In this document: positions 1 through 15,000 of the stretch, piece by piece | Numbering within the stretch: the stretch's first letter is position 1 | Layout: every line of letters starts with the position of its first letter | Origin: Octopus sinensis | Lineage: Eukaryota | Length of the DNA stretch: 64,000 nt | Direction: 5' to 3' | Assembly (NCBI RefSeq): GCF_006345805.1 | Contig: NW_021832229.1 | Span: forward strand, 1-64,000 | Made by a program: the position numbers and the translations under genes | Notes under the pieces: generated by a model | What the model was told of the DNA's origin: nothing | Database searches by the model: none | The model's input: the letters and a program-made list of their open reading frames with translations, nothing else

Positions 1-3000
1 AGAGCATCCAGACATAAGCGCATTCAGACAATAAGAGCATCAAGATAATAAGACCATCCAGACAATAAGAGCATCCAGACGATAAGACCATCCAGACAAT
101 AAGAGCATCCAGACAATAAGAGCATACAGACAATAAGAGCATCCAGACAATAAGAGCATACAGACAATAAGAGCATCCAGACAATAACAGCATCCAGACA
201 ATAAGTGCATTCAGACAATAAGAGCATCCAGACAATAAGAGCATTCAGACAATAAGAGCATTGAGACAATAAGACCATCCAAACAATAAGAGCATCCAGA
301 CAATAAGAGCATACAGACAATAAGAGCATCCAGACAATAAGAGCATACAGACAATAAGAGCATACAGACAATAAGAGCATCCAGACAATAAGAGCATTTA
401 GACAATAAGAGCATACAGACAATAAGTGCATTCAGACAATAAGAGCATACAGACAAAAAGAGCATTCAGACAATAAGAGAATTCAGACAATAAGAGCATT
501 CAGACAATAAGAGCATACAGACAAAAAGAGCATCCAGATAATAAGAGCATACAGACAATAAGACCATCCAGACAATAAGAGCCTTCAGACAATAAGAGCA
601 TACAGACAATAAGTGCATCCAGACAGAAAGGGCATCCAGACAATAAGAGCAGACAGACAATAAGTGCATCCAGAATATAAGACCATCCAGACAATAAGAG
701 CATCCAGACAATAAGAGCATACAGACAATAAGAGCATCCAGATAATAAGAGCATACAGACAATAAGAGCATACTGACAATAAGAGCATCCAGACAATAAA
801 AACATACAGACAATAAGAACATCCAGATAATAAGAGCATAGAGACAATAAGAGCATACAGATAATAAGACCATCTAGACAATAAGCGCATCCAGACAATA
901 AGAGCATTCAGAAAATAGGTGCATCCAGACAATAAGTGCATTCAGACAATAAGAGCATTCAGACAATAAGAGCATTCAGACAATAAGACCATCCAGACAA
1001 TAAGAGCATCCAGACAATAAGACCATCCAGACAATAAGAGCATCCAGACAGTAAGAGCATACAGACAATAAGAGCATCCAGACAATTAGAGCATACAGAC
1101 AATAAGAGCACCGAGACAATAACAGCATCCAGACAATAAGTGCATTCAGACAATAAGAGCATCCAGACAATAAGAGCATACAGACAATAAATGCATGCAG
1201 AGAATAAGAGCAACGAAACAGACAATAAAAGTATACAGACAATAAGTGCATTCAGACAATATGAGCATTCAGACATAAGAGCATACGGACAATAAGTGAA
1301 TTCAGACAATAAGAGCATACAGACAATAAGACCGTCCAGACAATAAGAGCATCCAGACAATAAGAGCATTCAGACAATAAGAGCATACAGACAATAAGTG
1401 AATTCAGACAATAAGAGCATAGAGACAATAAGACCATCCAGACAATAAGAGCATTCAGACAATAAGAGCATACAGACAATAAGAGCATCCAGACAATAAG
1501 AGCATACAGACAATAAGAGCATCCAGATAAGAGCATACAGACAATAAGAGCATCCAGACAAAAAGACCATCCAGACAATAAGAGCATCCAGACAATAAGA
1601 GCATACAGATAATAAGAGCATCCAGATAATAAGAGCATACAGACAATAAGAGCATACAGACAATAAGAGCATACAGACAGTAAGAGCTTCCAGACAATAA
1701 GACCATCCAGACAATAAGAGCATCCAGACAATAAGAGCATACAGACAATAAGACATACAGACAATAAGAGCATCCAGACAATAAGAGCATACAGACAATA
1801 AGAGCATACAGTCAATAAGAGCATCCAGACAATAAGAGCATCCAGACAATAAGGGCATACAGACAATAAGAGCATACAGACATTAAGAGCATACAGTCAA
1901 TAAGAGCATCCAGACAATAAGAGCATCCAGACAATAAGAGCATCCAGACAATAAGAGCATACAGAAAATAAGAGCATACAGACAATAAGAGCATACAGAC
2001 AATAAGAGCATCCAGACAATAAGATCATCCAGACAATAAGAGCATCGAGACAATAAGCATACAGCAATAAGAGCATACAGACAATAAGCATCCAGAACAA
2101 TAAGAGCATACAGACAATAAGATCCATCCAACATAAGAGCATCCAGACAATAAGAGCATCCAGACAATAAGAGCATCCAGACAATAAGAGCATACAGACA
2201 ATAAGAGCATACAGACAATAAGAGCATACAGACAATAAGAGCATCCAGACAATAAGACCATCCAGACAATAAGAGCATCCAGACAATAAGAGCATACAGA
2301 CAATAAGAGCATACAGACAATAAGAGCATCCAGACAATAAGAGCATACAGACAATAAGAGCATACAGACAATAAGAGCATCCAGACAATAAAAGCATACA
2401 GACAATAAGAGCATCCAGATAATAAGAGCATACAGACAATAAGAGCATACAGACAATAAGACCATCCAGACAATAAGCGCATCCAGACAATAAGAGCATC
2501 CAGACAATAAGAGCATCCAGACAATAAGTGCATTCAGACAATAAGAGCATTCAGACAATAAGAGCATTCAGACAATAAGACCATCCAGACAATAAGAGCA
2601 TCCAGATAATAAGAGCATACAGACAATAAGAGCATCCAGACAAAAAGACCATCCAGACAATAAGAGCATCCAGACAATAAGAGCATACAGACAAAAAGAG
2701 CATCCAGACAATAAAAGCATACAGACAATAAGAGCATCCAGATAATAAGAGCATAAAGACAATAAGTGCATTCAGACAATAAGACCATCCAGACAATAAG
2801 AGCATCCAGACAATAAGTGCATACAGACAATAAGAGCATACAGACAATAAGACCATCCAGACAATAAGAGCATCCAGACAATAGGAGCATACAGAAAATA
2901 AGAGCATACAGACAATAAGAGCATCCAGACAAAAAAGCATACAGACAATAAGAGCATACAGACAATAAGAGCATTCAGACAATAAGTGCATTCAGACAAT

Positions 3001-6000
3001 AAGTGCATTCAGACAATAAGAGCATTCAGACCATAAAAGCATCCCGACAATAAGACCATCCAGTCAATAAGAGCATCCAGAAAATAAGAGCATACAGACA
3101 ATAAGAGCATCCAGGCAATAAGAGCATACAGACAATAAGATCATACAGACAATAAGAGCATATAGACAGTAAGATCATACATACAATAAGAGCATTCAGA
3201 CAATAAGAGCATACAGACAATAAGAGCATCCAGACAGTAAGAGCATCCAGACAATACGTGCATTCGGACAATCAGAGCATACAGACAATAAGAGCATACG
3301 GACAATAAGAGCATATAGACAATAAGTGCATACATACAATAAGAGCTTTCAGACAATAAGAGCATACAGACAATAAGTGCATTCAGACAGTTAGAGCATT
3401 CAGAAAATAAGACCATCCAGACAATGAGAGCATCCAGACAATAAGAGCATTCAGACAATAACAGCATCCGAACAATAAGTGCATTCAGACAATAAGATCA
3501 TTCAGACAATAAGACCATCCAGGTATTAAGTGCATCCAGACATTCAGAGCATCCAGACAATAAGAGGATACATACAATAAGAGCATAGAGACAATAAGAG
3601 CATCCAGACAATAAGTGCATTCAGACAATAAGAGCATCAAGAACACAAGACCATCCAGACAATAAGACCATCCAGACAAAAACGCATCCAGAAGATAAGA
3701 TCATCCAGAGAATAAGACCATCCAGACAATAAGAGCATCCAGACAATAACAGCATCCAGACAATCAGTGCATCCAGACAATTAGAGCATACAGACAATAA
3801 GAGCATCCAGACAATAAGAGCACACAGACAATAAGAGCATACAGACAATAAGAGCATACAGACAATAAGAACATACAGACAATAAGAGCATCAAGACAAT
3901 AACAGCATCCAGACAATAAGAGCATCCAAACAATAAGAGCATACAGACAATAAGAGCATACAGACAATAAGAGCATACAGACAATAAGAACATACAGACA
4001 ATAAGAGCATCAAGACAATAACAGCATCCAGACAATAAGAGCATCCAGACAATAAGAGCATACAGACAATAAGAGCATCCAGACAATAAGAGCATTCAGA
4101 CAATAAGAGCATCCAGACAATTAGAGCATACAGACAATAAGATCATCCAGAATATAAGAGCATCCAGACAATAAGAGCATTCAGACAATAAGTGCATTCA
4201 GACAATAGGAGCATACAGACAATATTAGCATGTAGGCAATAAGAGCATCCAAACAATAAGAGCATTCAGACAATAAGAGCATTCAGACAATAAGTGTATA
4301 CAGACAATAAGAGCATCAAAACAATAAGAGCATCCAGACAATAAGAGCATTCAGACAATAAGAGCATACAGACAATAAGAGCATTCAGACAATAAGAGCA
4401 TTCAGAAAATAAGACCATCCAGACAATAAGCGCATTCAGACAATAAGAGCATCCAGACATTAAGAGCATTCAGACAATAAGTGCATCCAGACAATAAGCG
4501 CATTCAGACAATAAGAGCATCAAGGTAATAAGACCATCAAGACAATAAGAGCATTCAGACAATAAGACCATCCGGAGAATAAGCGCATTCAGACAATAAG
4601 AGCATCCAGACAATAAGTGCATTCAGACAATAAGAGCATCCAGACAATAAGTGCATCCAGACAATAAGCGCATTCAGACAATAAGCGCATTCAGACAATA
4701 AGCGCATACAGACAATTAGAGCATACAGACAATAAGTGCATTTTGACAATAAGAGCATACAGACAATAAGAGCATCCAGACAATAATTGCATTCAGACAA
4801 TAAGAGCATACAGACAATAAGAGCATCCAGACAATAAGAGCATCCAGACAATAAGAGCATCCAGGCAATAAGAGCATACAGACAATAAGATCATACAGAC
4901 AATAAGAGCATATAGACAGTAAGATCATACATACAATAAGAGCATTCAGACAATAAGAGCATACAGACAATAAGAGCATCCAGACAGTAAGAGCATCCAG
5001 ACAATACGTGCATTCGGACAATCGGAGCAAACAGACAATAAGAGCATACGGACAATAAGAGCATATAGACAATAAGAGCATACATACAATAAGAGCATTC
5101 AGACAATAAGAGCATACATACAATAAGTGCATTTAGACAGTTGGAGCATTCAGAAAATAAGGCCATCCAGACAATAAGAGCATACAGACAATAAGAGCAT
5201 CCAGACAATAAGAGCATCCAGACAATAAGAGCATTCAGACAATAAGTGCTTTCAGAAAATAAGACCATCCAGATAATAAGAGCATACAGACAGTAAGAGC
5301 ATCCAGATAATAAGACCATCCAGACAATAAGAGCATACAGACAATAAGACCATCCAGACAATAAGAGCATACAGACAGTAAGAGCATCCAGATAATAAGA
5401 GCATCCAAACAATAAGAGCATCCAGACAATAACAGCATCCGGACAATAAGTGCATTCAGACAATAAGATCATTTAGACAATAAGACCATCCAGGTATTAA
5501 GTGCATCCAGACATTAAGAGCATCCAGACAATAAGGATACATACAATAAGAGCATAAGACAATAAGAGCATCCAGACAATAAGTGCATTCAGACAATAAG
5601 AGCATCAAGAACATAAGACCATCCGGACAATAAGAGCATCCAGACAATAAGACCATCTAAACAAAAGCGCATCCAGAAGATAAGATCATCCAGGGAATAA
5701 GACCATCCAGACAATAAGAGCATCCAGACAATAAAAGCATCCAGACAATCAGAGCATCCAGACAATTAGAGCATACAGACAATAAGAGCATCCAGACAAT
5801 AAGAGCATACAGACAATAAGAGCATACAGACAATAAGAGCATACAGACAATAAGAACATACAGACAATAATAGCATCAAGACAATAACAGCATCCAGACA
5901 ATAAGAGCATCCAAACAATAAGAGCATACAGACAATAAGAGCATACAGACAATAAGAGCATACAGACAATAAGAACATACAGACAATAAGAGCATCAAGA

Positions 6001-9000
6001 CAATAACAGCATCCAGACTATAAGAGCATCCAGACAATAAGAGCATACGGACAATAAGAGCATCCAGACAATAAGAGCATACAGACAATAAGAGCATACA
6101 GACAATAAGAGCATACAGACAATAAGAACATAGAGACAATAAGAGCATCAAGACAATAACAACATCCAGACAATAAGAGCATATAGACAATAAGAGCATA
6201 CATACAATAAGAGCATTCAGACAATAAGTGCATTCAGACAATAAGTGTATTCAGACAATAAGTGCATTCAGACAATAAGAGCATCAAGACGATAAGTGCA
6301 TAGAGACAATAAGCCCATCAAGACAAACGAGCATCAGACAAAAGAGCATTCAGAATATAAGTGCATTCAGCAACAAGTGCATTCAGACAGTAACGCATCC
6401 AGACAATAAGAGTATCCAGACAATAGACGCATCCAGACAATAAGAGCATTCAGACAATAAGTGCATTCAGACAATAAGTGCAGTCAGACAGTAACAGCAT
6501 CCAGACAATAAGAGCATCCAGACAATAAGAGCATTTAGACAATATGTGCATTCAGACAATAAGTGCATTCAGACAGTAACAGCATCCAGACAATAAGACC
6601 ATAAAGAAAATAAGAGCATCCAGACAATAAGCGCATTAAGACAATAAGAGTATTCAGACAATAAGTGCATTCAGACAATAAGAGAATTCAGACAATAAGA
6701 GCACACAGACAATAAGATCATCCAGAAAATAACAGCATCCAGACAAGAAGAGCATATAGGCAATAAGACCATTCAGACAATAAGAGCATCCAGACAATAA
6801 GAGCATTCAGACAATAAGACCATCCAGACAATAAGAGCATGCAGACAATGAGTGCATTCAGACAATAAGTGCATACAGATAGTAAGAGCACACGGCCAAT
6901 AAGAGCAAATAGACAATAAGAGCATCCGGACATTAATCGCATTCAGACAATAAGAGCATCCAGAGAATAAGTGCATCCAGACAATAAGAGCATCCAGACA
7001 ATAAAAGCATCCAGACAATCAGAGCATCAAGAAAATAAGACAATCCAGACAATAAGAGCATAGAGACAATAAGACCATCCAGACAATAAGAGCATCCAGA
7101 CAATAAGAGCATCCAGACAGTAAGAGCATCCAGATAATAAGACCATCCAGACAATAAGAGCATACAGACAATAAGACCATCCAGACAATAAGAGCATCCA
7201 GACATTAAGAGCATTCAGACAATAAGTGCTTTCAGAAAATAAGACAATCCAGACAAAAAGAGCATACAGACAGTAAGAACATCCATATAATAAGACCATC
7301 CAGATATTAAGTGCATTCAGAAAATAAGTGCATTCAGACAATAAGAGCATCCAAACAATAAGAGCATCCAGACAATAACAGCATCCGGACAATAAGTGCA
7401 TTCAGACAATAAGATCATTCAGACATTAAGTGCATCCAGACAATAAGAGCATCCAGACAATATGAGGATACATACAATAAGAGCATACAGACGGATCATT
7501 CAGACAATAAGTGCATTCAGACAATAAGAGCATTAAGTACATAAGACCATCCAGACAATAAGAGCATACAGACAATAAGACCATCCAGACAATAAGAGCA
7601 TCCAGACAATAAAAGCATCCAGACAATCAGAGCATCCAGACAATTAGAGCACACAGACAATAAGAGCATCCAGACAATAAGAGCATACAGACAATAAGAG
7701 CATACAGACAATAAGAGCATACAGACAATAAGAACATACAGACAATAAGAGCATACAGACAATATAAGCATAGAGACAATAAGTGTATTCAGACAATAAG
7801 ACCATCCAGACAATTAGAGCATATAGACAATAAGAGCATACATACAATAAGAGCATTCAGACAATAAGTGCATTCAGACAATAAGTGCATTCAGACAATA
7901 AGAGCATCAAGACAATAAGTGCATAGAGACAATAAGCCCATCCAGACAATAAGAGCATCCAGACAATAAGAGCATTCAGACAATAAGTGCATTCAGACAA
8001 TAAGTGCATTCAGACAGTAACAGCATCCAGACAATTAGAGCATCCAGACAATAAGAGCATCCAGACAATAAGAGCATTCAGACAATAAGTGCATTCAGAC
8101 AATAAGTGCATTCAGACAGTAACAGCATCCAGACAATAAGAGCATCCAGACAATAAGAGCATTCAGACAATAAGTGCATTCAGACAATAAGTGCATTCAG
8201 ACAGTAACAGCATCCAGACAATTAGAGCATTTAGACAATAAGTCCATCCACACAATAAGAGCATTCAGACAATAAGTGCATTCAGACAATAAGTGCATTC
8301 AGACAGTAACAGCATCCAGACAATAAGAGCATCCAGACAATAAGAGCATATAGACAATAAGAGCATACAGACAATAAGTGCATTCAGACAATAAGACCAT
8401 CAAGACAATGAGAGCATCCAGACAAAAAGTGCATTCAGACAATAAGAGCAACCAGACAATAAGTGCATCCAGATAATAAGAGCATCCAGACAATAAGAGC
8501 ATACAGACAATAAGTGCATCCACACAAAAACAGCATCCAGACAATCAGAGCATCAAGAAAATAAGACCATCCAGACAATAAGTGCATCCAGACAATAAGA
8601 CCATCCAGACAATAAGAGCATACAGACAATAAGACCTTCCAGACAATAAAAGCATACGGCCAATAAGGGCATATAGACAATAAGAGCATCCAGACAATAA
8701 GCGCATTTAGATAATAAGTGCATCCAGACAATAAGCGCATTTAGACACTAAGAGCATCCAGAGAATAAGAGCATCGAGACAATAACAGCATCAAGAAAAT
8801 AAGACCATCCAGACAATAAGTGCCTCCAGACAATAAGACCATCCAGACAATAAGAGCATACAGACAATAAGACCATTCAGACAATAAAAGCATCCAGACA
8901 ATAAGTGCATTCAGACAATAAGAGCATACAGACAATAAGAGCATACAGATAAAAATGCATCCAGACAATCAGAGCATCAAGAAAATAAGACCATCCAGAC

Positions 9001-12000
9001 AATAAGTGCATCCAGACAATAAGACCATCCAGAAAATAAGAGCATACAGACAATAAGACCTTCCAGACAATAAAAGCATACGGCCAATAAGGGCATATAG
9101 ACAATAAGAGCATCCAGACAATAAGCGCATTTAGACAATAAGAGCATCCAGACAATAAGCGCATTTAGACAATAAGAGCATCCAGAGAATAAGAGCATCG
9201 AGACAATAACAGCATCAAGAAAATAAGACCATCCAGACAATAAGTACATCCAGACAATAAGACCATCCAGACAATAAGAGCATACAGACAATAAGACCAT
9301 CCAGACAATAAAAGCATCCAGACAATAAGTGCATTCAGACAGTAAGATTATCCAGATAAGACCATCCAGACAATAAGACCATACAGACAATAAGATCATC
9401 CAGACAATAAGAGCATCCAGACAATAAGTGCATTCAGACAATAAGAGCATTCAGAAAATAAGACCATCCAGACAATAAGAGCATCCAGACAGTAAGATTA
9501 TCCAGATAATAAGACCATCCAGACAATAAGAGCATCCATACAGTAAGGTTATCCAGATAATAAGACCATACCGACAATAAGACCATCCAGACAAAAAGAG
9601 CATGCAGACAATAACAGCATCCAGACAATAAGTGCATTCACACAATAAGAGCATCCAGAAAATAAGTGCATTCAGACAATAAGAGGATATAGACAAAAAG
9701 AGCATACAGACAATAAGAGCATTCAGACAATAAGACCATCCAGACAATAAGAGCATCCAGACAATAAATGCATTCAGACAATAAGAGGATATAGACATTA
9801 AGAGCATACAGACAATAAGAGCATCCAGATAATAAGAGCATCCAGACAATAAGAGCATACAGAAAAATAAGAGCATTCAGACAATAAGAGCATCCAGACA
9901 ATAAGAGCATCATGACAATAAGAGCTTCCAGACAATAAGAGCATACAGACAATAAGAGCATCCAGACAATAAGAGCATCCAGACAATAAGAGCATCCAGA
10001 CAATAAGAGCATTCATACAATAAGACCATCCAGACAATATGAGCATATAGACAATAAGAGCATACAAACTATTAGAGCATTCAGACAATAAGGCCATCCA
10101 AACAATAAAACCATCCAGACAATAAGTGCCTTCAGAAAATAATAGCATCCAGACCATAACTGCATCCAGACAATAACAGCATCCAGACAATAAGAGCCTC
10201 CAGACAATAACAGCATCCAGACAATAACAGCATCCAGACAATAACAGAATCCAGACAATAAGTGCATTCAGACAGTAAGAGCATACAGACAATAAGACCA
10301 TCCAGACAATATGAGCATCCAGACAATAAGACAATCCAGACAATAAGACCATCCAGACAATAAGAGCACACAGACAATAAGAGTATTCACACAATAAGAC
10401 CATCCACACACTAAGTGCATTCAGAGAATAAGAGCATCCAGACAATAACAGCATCCAGACAATAACAGCATCCAGACATTGAGAGCATTCAGACAATAAG
10501 AGCATATAGACGATAAGAGCATACAGACAATAAGAGCATACAAACAATAAGACGATCCAGACAATGAGAGCATCCAGACAATAAGTGCATTCAGACAATA
10601 AAAGCATCCAGAAAATAAGAGCATCCAGACAATAAGAGCATCCACCCAAAAAGAGCATCCAGACAATAAGACCATCCAGACAATATGAGCATCCAGACAA
10701 TAGGAGCATTTATAGAATAAGACCATCCAGACAATATGAGCATACAGACAATAGGAGCATTCACAGAATAAGACCATCCAGTCAATATGTTTATTCAGAG
10801 AATAAGAGCATCCAGACAATAAGAGCATCCAGACAATAACAGCATCCAGACATTAAGAGCATCCAGACAATAACAGCATTCACACAATAAGAGCATACAG
10901 ACAATAAGAGCACATAGAAAATAAGAGCATCCAGACAATAAGCGCATTCAGACAATAAGAGTATTCAGACAATAAGTGCATTCAGACAATAAGTGCATTC
11001 AGACAATAAGAGTACCAGACAATAAGAGCATCCAGATAATAAGAGCATCCAGACAATAAGAGCATACAGAAAAATAAGAGCATTCAGAAAATAAGTGCAT
11101 CCAGACAATAAGAGCATCCAGACAATAAGAGCTTCCAGACAATAAGAGCATACAGACAATAAGTGTATTCAGAAAATAAGAGCATCCAGACAATAAGAGC
11201 ATCCAGACAATAAGAGCATTAATACAGTAAGACCCTCCAGACAATAAGAGCATATAGACAATAAGAGCATACAAACAATAAGAGCATTCAGACAATAAGG
11301 CCATCCACAAATAAAGCATCCAGACAATAAGTGCCTTCAGAAAATAAGAGCATCCACACCATAACAGCATCCAGACAGTAACAGCATCCAGACAGTAAGG
11401 TTATCCAGATAATAAGACCATACAGACAATAAGACCATCCAGACAAAAAGAGCATGCAGACAATAACAGCATCCAGACAATAAGTGCATTCAGACAATAA
11501 GAGCATCCAGAAAATAAGTGCATTCAGACAATAAGAGGATATAGACAATAAGAGCATACAGACAATAAGAGCATTCAGACAATAAGACCATCCAGACAAT
11601 AAGAGCATCCAGACAATAAATGCATTCAGACAATAAGAGTACCAGACAATAAGAGCATCCAGATAATAAGAGCATACAGACAATAAGAGTATTCAGAAAA
11701 TAAGAGCATCCAGACAATAAGAGCATCCAGACAATATGAGCATCCAGACAATAAGAGCATTCATACAATAAGACCATCCAGACAATAAGAGCATATCGAC
11801 AATAAGAGCATACAAACAATAAGAGCATTCAGACAATAAGGCCATCCAAACAATAAAAGCATCCTGACAATAAGTGCCTTCAGAAAATAAGAGCATCCAG
11901 ACCATAACAGCATCCAGACAATAAGAGCATCCAGACAGTAAGGTTATACAGATAATAAGACCATACAGACAATAAGACCATCCAGACAAAAAGAGCATGC

Positions 12001-15000
12001 AGACAATAACAGCATCCAGACTATAAGTGCATTCAGACAATAAGAGCATCCAGAAAATAAGTGCATTCAGACAATAAGAGGATATAGACAATAAGATTAT
12101 ATAGACAAAAAGAGCATTCAGACAATAAGAGCATCCAGACAATAAATGCATTCAGACAATAAGAGTACCAGACAATAAGAGCATCCAGATAATAAGAGCA
12201 TCCAGACAATAAGAGCATACAGAAAAAAAAGAGCATTCAGACAATAAGAGCATCCAGACAATAAGAGCATCCAGACAATAAGAGCTTCCAGGCAATACGA
12301 GCATACAGACAATAAGAGTATTCAGAAAATAAGAGCATCCAGACAATAAGAGCATCCAGACAATATGAGCATCCAGACAATAAGAGCATTCATCCAATAA
12401 GACCATCCAGACAATAAGAGCATATAGACAATAAGAGCATACAAACAATAAGAGCATTCAGACAATAAGGCCATCCAAACAATAAAAGCATCCAGAAAAT
12501 AAGTGCCTTCAGAAAATAAGAGCATCCAGACCATAACAGCATCCAGACAATAACAGCATCCAGACAATAAGAGCATCCAGACAATAACAGCATCCATACA
12601 ATAACAGCATCCAGACAATAACAGCATCCAGACAATAAGTGCATTCAGACAATAAGAGCATACAGACAATAAGAGCATATAGACAATAAGAGAATACAGA
12701 CAATACGAGCATTCAGACAATAAGACCATCCAGACAATAAGAGCATCCAGACAATAAGTGCATTCAGACAATAAGACCATCCAGACAATATGAGCATCCA
12801 TACAATAAGAGCACCCAGACAATAAGAGCATTCACTAATAAGACCATCCACACAATAAGTGCATTCAGAGAATAAGATCATCCAGACAATAAGAGCATTC
12901 AGACAATAAGAGCATTCAGACAAAACGAGCATCCAGACAAGAAGGGCATATGGGCAATAAGAGTTTACAGACGATAAGAGCATACAGACAATAAGATCAT
13001 ACAGACAATAAGAGCATTCAGACAATAAAAGCATTCAGACAATACGAGCATCAGACAAGAAGGGCATATGGGCAATAGGAGCTTACAGACAATAAGTGCT
13101 TTCAGACAATAAGAGCATGCAGACAATAAGTGCATACAGACAATAAGAGCATCAAGACAATAACTGCATGCAGACAAGGAGGGCATATAGGCAATAAGAG
13201 CATACAGACAATAAGAGCATCCAGACAATAACTGCATCCAGACAAGAAGGGCATTTAGGCAATAAGAGCATACAGACAATAAGAGCATCCAGACAATAAC
13301 TGCATCAAGACAAGAAGGGCATATGGGCAATAAGAGCTTACAGACAATAAGCGCTTTCAGACAATAAGAGCATACAGACAATAAGAGCCTACAGACAATA
13401 AGAGCATTCAGACAATAAGACCATCCAGACAATACGAGCATCCAGACCGTAAGGGCATTCACACGATAAGAGCATACAGACAATAAGAGCACATAGAAAA
13501 TAAGAGCATCCAGACAAAAAGCGCATGCAGACAATAAGAGTATTCAGACAATAAGTGCATTCAGACAATAAGAGCATTCAGAAAATAAGAGGATGCAGAC
13601 AATAAGAGCATCCAGACAATAACAGCATCCAGACAAGAAGAGCATACAGACAATAAGAACATCGAGACAATAAGAGCATTCAGACAATAAGACCATCCAG
13701 ACAATTAGAGCATCCAGACAATAAGTGCATTCAGACAATAAGAGCATACAGACAATAAAAGCATCCAGACAATCAGAGCATAAAGAAAATAAGACCATCC
13801 AGACAATAAGTGCATCCAGACAATAAGACCAACCAGACAATAAGAGCATACAGACAATAAGACCATCCAGACAATAAAAGCATACGGCCAATTAGGGCAT
13901 ATAGACAATAAGAGCATCCAGACAATAAGCGCATTTAGACAATAAGAGCATCCAGAGAATAAGAGCATCGAGACAATAACAGCATCAAGAAAATAAGACC
14001 ATCCAGACAATAAGAACATTCAGACAATAAGACCATCCGGACAATAAAAGCATCCAGACAATAAGTGCATTCAGACAATAAGAGCATTCAGAAAATAAGT
14101 CCATCCAGACAATAAAAGCATCCAGACAGTAAGATTATCCAGGCAAGACCATCCAGACAATAAGACCATACAGACAATAAGACCATCCAGACAATAAGAG
14201 CATCCAGACAATAAGTGCATTAAGACAATAAGAGCATTCAGAAAATAAGATCATCCTGACAATAAGAGCATCCAGACAGTAAGATTATCCAGATAATAAG
14301 ACCATCCAGATAATAAGAGCATGCAGACAATAACAGCATCCAGACAATAAGTGCATTCAGACAATAAGAGCATCCAGTTAATAAGAGCATCCAGACAATA
14401 AGACAATCCAGACAATAAGAGCATCCAGACAATAAGAGCTTCCAGACAATAATTGCATACAGACAATAAGTGTATTCAGACAATAAGAGCATTCAGACAA
14501 TAAGACCATCCAGACAATAAGAGCATCCAGACAATGAATGCATTCAGACAATAAGAGTACCAGACAATAAGAGCATCCAGATAATAAGAGCATCCAGACA
14601 ATAAGACAATCCAGACAATAAGAGCATCCAGACAATAAGAGCTTCCAGACAATAAGTGCATACAGACAATAAGTGTATTCAGACAATAAGAGCATCCAGA
14701 CAATAAGAGCATCCAGACCATAAGAGCCTCCAGACAATAAGAGCATCCAGACAATAAGAGCATTCATACAATAAGACCATCCAGACAATAAGTGCATTCA
14801 GAGAATAAGAGCATCCAGACAATAAGAGCATCCAGGCAATAAGAGCATATAGACAATAAGAGCATACAGACAATAAGAGCATACAGACAATAAGACGATC
14901 CAGACTATGAGAGCATCCAGACAATAAGTGCATTCAGACAATAAGAGCATCCAGACAATAATAGCATCCACACAATACGATCATCCAGACAATAAGAGCA

